Below, piece after piece: positions 54,931 to 64,000 of a stretch of 64,000 bases of DNA. Under the pieces are notes generated by a model. It saw only the letters and a program-made list of their open reading frames with translations. It was not told the DNA's origin and did no database searches. The stretch is from contig OZ024745.1 of the NCBI GenBank assembly GCA_964016885.1, positions 128,278,001-128,342,000 on the forward strand. The letters are read 5' to 3'. This DNA comes from Eledone cirrhosa. Lineage: Eukaryota. A program made the translations under genes and the position numbers. Positions within the stretch are counted from its first letter, which is position 1; every line of letters begins with the position of its first letter.

Positions 54931-54992
54931 GTATAAGTCAACATTTCCTAATTTACTTAGAAGTAAATTATGAAATGTTGACTTTTACCTCT
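54927..54992. repeat. 66-bp palindrome adjacent to (TA)n
   Basis: AGAGGTATAAGTCAACATTTCCTAATTTACTT-AG-AAGTAAATTATGAAATGTTGACTTTTACCTCT. Confidence 0.9.
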
Positions 54993-55804
54993 TGTTTATA
55001 AATTTACTCCGGAGTTAACAGACCTTCTTGTGGGCTTTGTTGAGTACTTTATCTTGCATACTGAAGTGTTGGTGTTAAAATAATACATAATCTGATTAAT
55101 TACACACACACACGCACACACAATATATATATAATCACTATGACGAAAGACCAAGGTTGATGACTTAAATTCATCCTTAATTTCCACGTCTATTTCAGTA
55201 GTACATGCATATAAAAAACATTAATTTTTCTATGACTTATTCTCCGGTTTTAAACTCCTGATAAGCTGAGTGTTTTAGAGTGTTTAGAGCTTCTCTCACC
55301 TTACCAAAAATAATAGTGAAATACACAATTATAATCACCTATATAATATATATACCTGGATTGGTGGTTGGTTGCACATGTATACGCGTATATTATTCTG
55401 GGTTTATTATTTAAATTTCGCTTCGATACAGGAAGGGTAGATTTCCAACCCAAAATCAAAGTCATTTCATTAAAATGTAGACATTATAATGGTGCTCCTG
55501 GTTGTATATATTTGCACAAGTGAGCTTGTACGCATATCCTTACATGTGGAATGATATCTATACTTTAACTTCAGCATGGTATAGCAAGCCGCATCGGACA
55601 CTGGAATAGTTCCTTTATTTTCTTCGGAAGAAGAGATATTAATCTTGAAATATCAGGACATGAATAAATTAAGGTAAAAAAAACAAGCCCTGTTTCGTAC
55701 GATTTAATTATTCTCCGTCTAAACCCGCATTGTCGTGGCTTTCAAACTTCGAATTACTTATAGATATTTTAGTACGTGTATATGTCCATTCGTGTATATA
55801 CGTA

Positions 55805-55972
55805 CCGTATTTCCCGGTGCCAAAGACGCCTCGTCCTCGAGGAGGCACCCTAATTTTGACATCCAAAAATTTGGAAAAAAAGTAATAGACAACCTTGTGC
55901 CTCCAGGACGCATGGTAGATTTTTAGGCTTGTTTCAGGAAAAAAGTAGCTTCTTCGACGCCGGGAAATATGG
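55805..55972 (+). mobile_element. TcMar (Tc2/pogo-like) MITE
   Basis: TA|CCGTATTTCCCGG...CCGGGAAATATGG|TA. Confidence 0.85.
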
Positions 55973-56139
55973 TATATATTGCAGGCTATATTTATGGAAT
56001 GTTGTACATATTTTCAATGTTTCATAAATTAAACTCACTATAATTTCATAATTAGCTTTGACTTTTTAATGAGTTGGGAGAGGGGTTATGGAACTCCTCA
56101 CCTAAAGATTGATATTGAGAAGTAAGATTTAGTTACATA

Positions 56140-56740
56140 ACAAAATCGCTTAAGAATCTAAATCTATATTTTTGGGGTAGTATCTGCAAATTTCTGATTA
56201 CTTCAACATAGATATATTGCTTATTATCTGCAGATTTCTCCTTAGTTCCACATAAATGTATTACTTTTATCTTTTGTCTGTAAATTTAACGACCATGAAA
56301 CCTTAACACCTCAAGCAAGGCTCTGTGCGCAACACTGGATGGGTGTGGTGTAGAGACTCAAGCTCTCTGTACAACAGTGGATGGGTGTGGTGTAGCGACT
56401 CGATAAGAAGAAGAATCTTTCATCTTTATTATGTTAACATCTGCTATATTACGGATTTCTATTACTATGCACTTTCCTTTTTAAATCTTAGGCTATAATG
56501 CCACGTATGTTATGTGTATATCTGTGATGGATTTTGACAGGAATTGTTCATCAGTGATCATTCATATAATAGGTGGGAGGTTCTCTACATCACTGTAACT
56601 TCATATATTGAGAGATTTAGGATTACCCTTTTTATGGACATTGCTGGACATCTGTGTATAATGTGGATCACATTTTATTGGTTAATTTCACATCCCTGTT
56701 ATTTTTAGCATGAGTAGTTTTCTGGCTTTTTTCTTATCCT
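56140..56740 (-). mobile_element. Second, more decayed R4/Dong-like RLE relic
   Basis: HIIHRCPAMS, SYSDVE, DH**TIPVK, YVELRRNLQII and IYVEVIRNLQILPQKYRFRF align with the 9588-10118 ORF and its upstream finger. Confidence 0.7.
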
Positions 56741-56766
56741 GGATTGAAAAAGTATACACTTCTAGA

Positions 56767-56831
<65 letters not shown>

Positions 56832-56979
56832 TAATAAATGTGAAGACTGAAATCCGAAAAGGGCTCGATAAGGATTATATATAACACCCCCTCCGCACAC
56901 ACACACACACTCAAGCATGAACCTAATACCTACACAGTTCGTAATTGCACTCCTTGTTATGGTTTTTGTTTTTTACTTT

Positions 56980-57020
<41 letters not shown>

Positions 57021-57290
57021 GGTAAATCTACCAAAATATATCCTAGAAACGATCGTAAAATTATGAATTTTTTAATATAAGGAACTTGTTCTTTGTTTTT
57101 ATTCATTGTTTTTATTAATTTATATATATATGTCCTGCGTCTCCAACAGACCAGTGTCTGTCCTTAGGGCAGCAACATACGTTAGCCTTGGTCTTCCTCT
57201 TCCAGTGTGTCCATGTAGGGGCTCCCACAGGAGCACTGAGTGCATTGTCAACTCTGGATGTCGGTGAGCATGTCCAGCAAACCTCAGTCT

Positions 57291-57703
57291 GATATTAATA
57301 AATGGAAACTATATTTATAAAAACATATTTATTCTATTATATATATTTTAAGGGCACCAAAACTTTGGTACGCCCTCATCAGATAAAATACAGAATGTTT
57401 TATAAATATTGATATACCCAGGAATCAGACCGGAACGGTTCAAGTTCCGTTTGGATAGTTCCAAACGGAACTTGAACCGTTAAAGTCTGATTCCTATTTA
57501 TAAAACAAACTTTGTATTTTATCTGATGAGAGCGTACCAAAGTTTTTGTGCCCTTGAAATATATATAATAGAATAAATATATTTTTATAAATATAGTTTC
57601 CATTTATTAATATCATTGATATTATACTCCAGAAATCTGTCGGGTGCTTCGAATCCGTTATAAATATATTTGTTGAATTACCAACAAATTGAATATCCCT
57701 TTG

Positions 57704-57706
<3 letters not shown>
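57291..57706. mobile_element. Family A fold-back element with hammerheads on both strands
   Basis: Imperfect arms 57291-57455 and 57460-57614 around loop TAGT. Motifs at 57330-57390 (minus, GAAA mutated) and 57515-57575 (plus). Confidence 0.82.
57515..57575 (+). ncRNA. Minimal type I hammerhead ribozyme motif, family A
   Basis: TATTTTAT-CTGATGA-stem II (mismatched)-GAA-ATATATAT-A-ATAGAATA. Confidence 0.68.
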
Positions 57707-57758
<52 letters not shown>

Positions 57759-57760
<2 letters not shown>

Positions 57761-57916
57761 GTAGAGCAAATATTTATTATGAGAACAGATTAAAGTTTAA
57801 GCAAGAATCGCTGCTTTCACCCTTAACAGGATCTTCTGAAACACCCGTTAAGGATGAAAGCAGCGATTCTTTGCTTAAACTTTAATCTGTTATTTTAATA
57901 AATATTTGCTCTACGG
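57759..57916. repeat. ~70-bp-arm inverted repeat adjacent to (TA)n
   Basis: CCGTAGAGCAAATATTTATTA...CCTTAAC pairs with GTTAAGG...AATATTTGCTCTACGG; diverged relative at 16045-16170. Confidence 0.88.
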
Positions 57917-57975
57917 TTCTTATATATTTGATATATTTTATCCTTATCGAGCCCTCTTTGGATTTTAGTCTTCAA

Positions 57976-58004
<29 letters not shown>

Positions 58005-58009
<5 letters not shown>

Positions 58010-58105
58010 CGAGGTTAATAATGCCTTTCATCCTTACGGGGTCGATAAAATAAAGTACCAGTAATGCACTGGTTAATTGCTGGCATTGTGCCAAAAGTAG
58101 AAACA

Positions 58106-58145
<40 letters not shown>
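58005..58145 (+). mobile_element. SINE family 1, 3' half
   Basis: Central block plus (ATT)n tail. Confidence 0.85.
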
Positions 58146-58198
<53 letters not shown>

Positions 58199-58315
58199 AG
58201 TTGAAGCTTAGTAAAATCGAAGTCTGGCTGTGGGCAAGCAAAATCGACCATATATATATATATATATATATATACGATATTAAACAAATGGAAACTATAT
58301 TTATAAAACCATATT

Positions 58316-58381
58316 TATTTCATTATACATATTTCGGGGATACCATATTAAAAATATGGCATGCCTTCGTCAGATAAAATA
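58316..58381 (-). ncRNA. Minimal type I hammerhead ribozyme motif, family A
   Basis: Exact mirror of 58516-58581. Confidence 0.78.
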
Positions 58382-58515
58382 CAATATATAAACAGTTTTA
58401 TAAATAATTTTGACGTACCATAAATATGAGCGACCATTATGTGGGAAGCTTCCCACATAATGGTCGCTCATATTTATGGTACGTCAAAATTATTTATAAA
58501 ACTGTTTATATATTG

Positions 58516-58581
58516 TATTTTATCTGACGAAGGCATGCCATATTTTTAATATGGTATCCCCGAAATATGTATAATGAAATA
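58516..58581 (+). ncRNA. Minimal type I hammerhead ribozyme motif, family A
   Basis: TATTTTAT-CTGACGA-AGGCATGCCATATT(TTT)AATATGGTATCCCC-GAA-ATATGTAT-A-ATGAAATA. Confidence 0.78.
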
Positions 58582-58709
58582 AATATGGTTTTATAAATAT
58601 AGTTTCCATTTGTTTAATATCGTATATCTACTCCAAAAACTTGTCGAATGCTTTATATCAGTTATAAAATATTTACTTGTTGTAACCCAACAATTTTAAA
58701 TAAAACTTT

Positions 58710-58758
<49 letters not shown>

Positions 58759-58962
58759 AAATAAAACAAGGACGATTGGTTACTCCTTCATTACGTTTAT
58801 TGATTGGTGACGAGCGTTTCCCCACTGATCAGCTCAAGGTTCGATCTGTATCGATCTAGCCCGACTCTGTAATCCGCGGCGCGTCAGACCTCTTACAATG
58901 ATAATGAAACATCGAGTACTCACCCGGGTGAACCTACAGTAACTCCAAGTTACACTCCCTGG

Positions 58963-59169
<207 letters not shown>

Positions 59170-59193
59170 TATATATACACATACATATATATA

Positions 59194-59408
59194 AGGCGTG
59201 TGGCTGAATGGTTAGAGAATTGGATTCGCAATCGTAAGGTTGTGAGTTCGATTCCTGGACCATGTGATGCGTTATGTCCTTGAGCAAGACACTTTATTTC
59301 ACGTTACTCCTTCTACCTGGAGTTGCGACCGATAGATAGTATTAGCAATTGGAAAGACCAACGGAAACATTGTTCCCTCGGTCCGATTTGACGAAAGTCG
59401 ATCGTTCC
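59194..59408 (+). mobile_element. tRNA-derived CORE-like SINE, family 2
   Basis: TGGCTGAATGGTTAGAG A box, GAGTTCGATTCC B box and TGTCCTTGAGCAAGACACTT CORE-like block. Confidence 0.8.
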
Positions 59409-59538
<130 letters not shown>

Positions 59539-60233
59539 CATACATAGAACAAATCCTTAGCTTATCTTTCTCACGAAGAATAATTGTTAAATGGATACTT
59601 ATCGCATAACTGACTTTTTCGGGAAATGAGATTTTCCAGCATTTTACATAATTTATCGATACCTCAGGAATTAAAAGTGATACGATTCTGATCCAGAAGA
59701 GATTGGGATTCTGATGAATTTGACTGAAGCTAAATAATATGATACATTCATTCCAAATATATCTTTAATGTAGTATAGGAATTAATGATTTATTGACTGG
59801 TCAGTTAACGCTAAAGTTTCCAAACTCAATACTGATCAGACTTAAGTAATGTCTCCGAGGAATGTGAACATTTTCAATACAGTATAAACTAGTCCATTAA
59901 GACATTATGGGGAACCAACAATAACAAGATATATCACATTTTATGAACTAGACATAAATATTTCAATCATTAAATTTAACCAAAACGTTACACAGCTGTT
60001 TATGTATAATTATGTAACTTCTTCTTCTTTTTCTTCTTCTTCTTCTTCTTCTTCTTCTTCTTCTTCTTCTTCTTCTTCTTCTTCTTCTCTCTCCTCCTCC
60101 TCCAGCTATTCTTCTTTTTTCTTCTTCTTCTTTTTCTTCTTCTTCTTCTTCTTGTCCTTGTTCTTCTTCTTCTTCTCCTCCTCCTCCACCTATTCTTCTT
60201 CTTTTTCTTCTTTTTCTTCTTTTTCTTCTTTTT

Positions 60234-60433
60234 NNNNNNNNNNNNNNNNNNNNNNNNNNNNNNNNNNNNNNNNNNNNNNNNNNNNNNNNNNNNNNNNNNN
60301 NNNNNNNNNNNNNNNNNNNNNNNNNNNNNNNNNNNNNNNNNNNNNNNNNNNNNNNNNNNNNNNNNNNNNNNNNNNNNNNNNNNNNNNNNNNNNNNNNNNN
60401 NNNNNNNNNNNNNNNNNNNNNNNNNNNNNNNNN
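60234..60433. other. Assembly gap (200 N)
   Basis: Run of N. Confidence 0.99.
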
Positions 60434-61590
60434 GAGAGAGACAGAGTGTTAGGTTGTGTGTGAAGAGAGAGAGGGAGAAAGAGAGAGGGAGAGAACGAAG
60501 GGGATGGATAGAGAAAGAGATCGAAAGAGATGGGTATATTGAGCGAATGGGAGGAAAGAGAGAGAGAAGAAGGGAGGATAGAGAGAGAAAGAGGGAGATA
60601 GAAAAAGAGTTAAGGAGATATGGATTGAGAAAAGAGGAGGGGTGAGAAGAGGATAGAGAGAAGAGAAGGGAAAACGAAAGAGGAAGAAAGAGAGAGGGAT
60701 AGAGAGAGAGAAAGACAGGAGGATAGAGAGAAGAGAAAGGAAAACAAAAGAGAGAGAAAGAGAGGGATAGAGAGAGGAGAAGTGAAAGAGAGAGGAATAG
60801 ATAGATTGGACTAGTGTTAGGTTGAAGGGTTCATTTTAAGAGAAAGATTAAATAAAGAAAGAGGGTGACGAGAGAGAAAGAGAGAGAAAGAGAGAGACAG
60901 ACAGGCAGACAGGCAGGCAGGTAGACAGACAGACAGACAGACAGACGGGCAGTCAGACAGACAGACAGAGAGAGAAAGGGGGGACTTTGAAACATTAAAA
61001 AGAAGATGAAAAAGAAGAAAACCAAAATCACAATGCGTCATACACTTTTCTTTTTTCACTAAGGTAACAGAGGAATCTCCACATGGGTAGAATAAACAAC
61101 AGATACACACATGCACACACACGCAAATAGACACACACACACGCACACATGCACTCATACAAATAGACACACACACACATGCACACACATGCACTCATAC
61201 AAATAGACACACACACACACATGCACACACATGCACACACACACACAAATAGACACACACACACACACACATGCACTCATACAAATAGACACACACACAC
61301 ATGCACACACACAAATAGACACACACACACACACACACATGCACTCATACAAATAGACACACACACACATGGACACACAGACACACACTGACACACACGT
61401 ATACACTCGGTCAAACACACACTTACAAACACATACGCCACATACACACACATGTATGTATATGCATATATATATACAGTATATATATATATGTATATGT
61501 GTGTATATATATATATGTATGTATGTATGTATATATATATGTGTGTATATATGTGTGTGTGTATATACATATATATATACATATATATAC

Positions 61591-61628
<38 letters not shown>

Positions 61629-61662
61629 AGAGAGAAACATATATATATACATATACATATAC

Positions 61663-61713
<51 letters not shown>

Positions 61714-61718
61714 TATAC

Positions 61719-61830
<112 letters not shown>

Positions 61831-62340
61831 ACATATATATATATATATATACATATATATAGAGAGAGAGAGGGGGGGCTGAAACAGGCAGGCAGATAGA
61901 CAGACAAACAGGCGGACTGTAGAGGGAGAGAGAAAAAGATTGTGGGCATGTATGTGAATGCGCCCACAAACCTGTATATGTGTAAGTGTAGGGTAAAGTG
62001 ATAGAAAGAATAAGTGAGAACATGTATGTGAGTGAAATCCGAATTTTTCCAATACCCGATCACGATGGTTAGGTTTCGATCCTATTGCCTGGCTCCTTGA
62101 AGATGTTGTTTTCTTCCATATATTTGGAAGACATAGGCCTTCGGTTGTATTAGGGATAATATTTACAACATATATATATATATATTGAGAAAAACCACAG
62201 ACCCTCCACCTCAACTCTACGTTTGAAAAACAGAAGAACTGCGAAACCGGTAAAGGAACCAAATAAATATATATATTTTTTTTTAAATAAGACTCCAGTT
62301 GCATTTTCGATTTCATCCTTTTTCTTTATATATATATATA

Positions 62341-62678
62341 TGCAGAGGTTATATTTAATTTGTTGGGATTCAACAAGCTTAAACATTTTTATAACTGATA
62401 TAAAGCACTCAACAATTAGCTCCAACCGTTAAGGTTGTCTTTTTTCCGGGTATGTCAATATTTATTTATAAAACAAATCTGTATTTTATCTGATGAAAGC
62501 GCACCATAACTTGATTTGGTTGCCCTTGAAATATATATAATAAAATAAATATGGTTTTATAAATATATTTTCCATTTATTAATATATTGTGTATTTACTC
62601 CACTAACTTGTTGAGTGCTTTATATCAGTTATAAAAATGTTTAAGCTTGTTGAATCCCAACAAATTAAATATAACCTC

Positions 62679-62682
<4 letters not shown>
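62341..62682 (+). mobile_element. Family A hammerhead element with ~78-bp terminal inverted repeats in (TA)n
   Basis: 62341-62419 is the reverse complement of 62603-62682; the interior carries the ribozyme. Confidence 0.85.
62482..62547 (+). ncRNA. Minimal type I hammerhead ribozyme motif, family A
   Basis: TATTTTAT-CTGATGA-AAGCGCACCA(loop)TGGTTGCCCTT-GAA-ATATATAT-A-ATAAAATA. Confidence 0.75.
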
Positions 62683-62749
<67 letters not shown>

Positions 62750-63556
62750 AGGAGTTGACGGACCCAGCATATTTAACAATGCCAGGACCGGTTGTATTTC
62801 AGCGGACTCAATAGATAATGTACAACACATTCCAGAGTATACACATATTTATTCGCTTCAATACAACACACGTAAACGGGTGCCTATATTAGTTCACGGA
62901 CTCGAGTTTCGGCCACACTTAATGCAGTAGCAGGGTGCACTGTACCCACTGTCTGCATATATATATATATACCCTATTTCTTTAGAATACGAAATTCTAA
63001 TACATATCTGTATATAGCGATGCATGAAGCTAAATCCTAATTCTATTCTGTTATAAGTTGTGCCAACTTTATGTAGCTTCGTATACAAATGAGATTAATC
63101 ACCTCATTTACAGAGACGAGAAAACCATATATTCTCGCCTGTTTTCAAGTCCAGCAGTCGCAAGAGTGGGAGAGATCGTCCTAAAACAATTGTAATATGT
63201 CCAATAAATTCCTTTCGTTGCAATACTGATTCTCTTTTTTCTGTGATATCATACTCTGCTCTACGAGGGCATCGAGTGCTCATACGGCCTACCGCATACG
63301 GACGCTTTAAGCATCCAACACCAATTATATATATATATATATATATATATACCATTTCCTGTCAGCATGACTTGGCAAGCTAATTAGAATACTGGATTAA
63401 CCTCTTTACTTCCCTCCGAAGAAGAGATATTATCTCGAAAATTAAGGATATTCAAATAAATTTAAGGTAAAAGACTAATTGTCAATAATATATTTTGCAT
63501 TTGTATGTATATTCTATATCCATACCTACATTGTTTTGGCCTTCCAACTCCAAACG

Positions 63557-63644
<88 letters not shown>

Positions 63645-63647
<3 letters not shown>

Positions 63648-64000
63648 ACTAGAAATTGATTGACATATATATATATTTAAAATAAACACATGAAACAATC
63701 ACAGGGGATAATTTGTAAAGTGTGTAATCACACATAGCTAGGTATGTAACTAATTAAAGTTTAACTACAGCTTCAAATATTACCTTTTAAAAAGTGATTA
63801 ATCTTCTTTGTATATATTGCAACACGTGCGATGGGTCACTCGCAGATTTGCATTTGATGTGTAAACACAGATAGTTAAATCTACTCCCTTGCTGAAGATT
63901 CGTTTGGCTGCTGTGACTATACGGATTAATGGTGAAATATATTTCTTTAACGAAATATATACAAGGAAGATTAATCACTTTTTAAAAGGTAATATTTGAA
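63645..64000. mobile_element. Family F element with inverted repeat running off the window end
   Basis: 63772-63817 is the reverse complement of 63955-64000. Confidence 0.72.

Larger units (their letters stand above)
58270..58712. mobile_element. Family A fold-back element: perfect 358-bp palindrome (58270-58627) plus tail
   Basis: Arms checked base by base; centre GTGGGAAG|CTTCCCAC. Confidence 0.88.

Noticed and set aside
56322-56403. Two ~40-bp tandem units (GGATGGGTGTGGTGTAG)
   Set aside because: Small local duplication inside the decayed R4-like relic with no further structure.
58800-58960. Possible hammerhead in a GC-rich island between TA tracts
   Set aside because: CTGA and GAAAC words are present on the minus strand, but I could not assemble consistent stems.
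59194-59270. tRNA gene
   Set aside because: A and B boxes are present, but there is no complete cloverleaf and the sequence continues into a CORE-like SINE body.

Overview
AT-rich, microsatellite-saturated animal genomic DNA, most likely intergenic or intronic sequence from a coleoid cephalopod (Octopus-like). That assignment is my recognition of the SINE families, not a database result. No intact protein-coding gene is supported, and almost all listed ORFs are simple-repeat artefacts. The window holds about 20 copies of one tRNA-derived SINE, other SINEs, TcMar and hAT MITEs, and two Helitron-like 3' ends. It also holds decayed relics of R4/Dong-like (x2), CRE-like, Tx1/L1-like and Penelope-like retroelements and of an Academ (XPG-domain) DNA transposon. 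The most striking signal is a dense set of short elements embedded in (TA)n that carry minimal type I hammerhead ribozyme motifs with palindromic stem III. There are 9 copies of one family plus several other families, many arranged as fold-back inverted repeats, including a perfect 358-bp spacer-less palindrome with a ribozyme on each strand. In four loci the fold-back or truncation point lies about 60-65 nt upstream of the ribozyme at a GGA-(A)GCT-TCC-like mini-hairpin, which suggests a snap-back mobilisation mechanism for non-autonomous Penelope-like or retrozyme-like elements.
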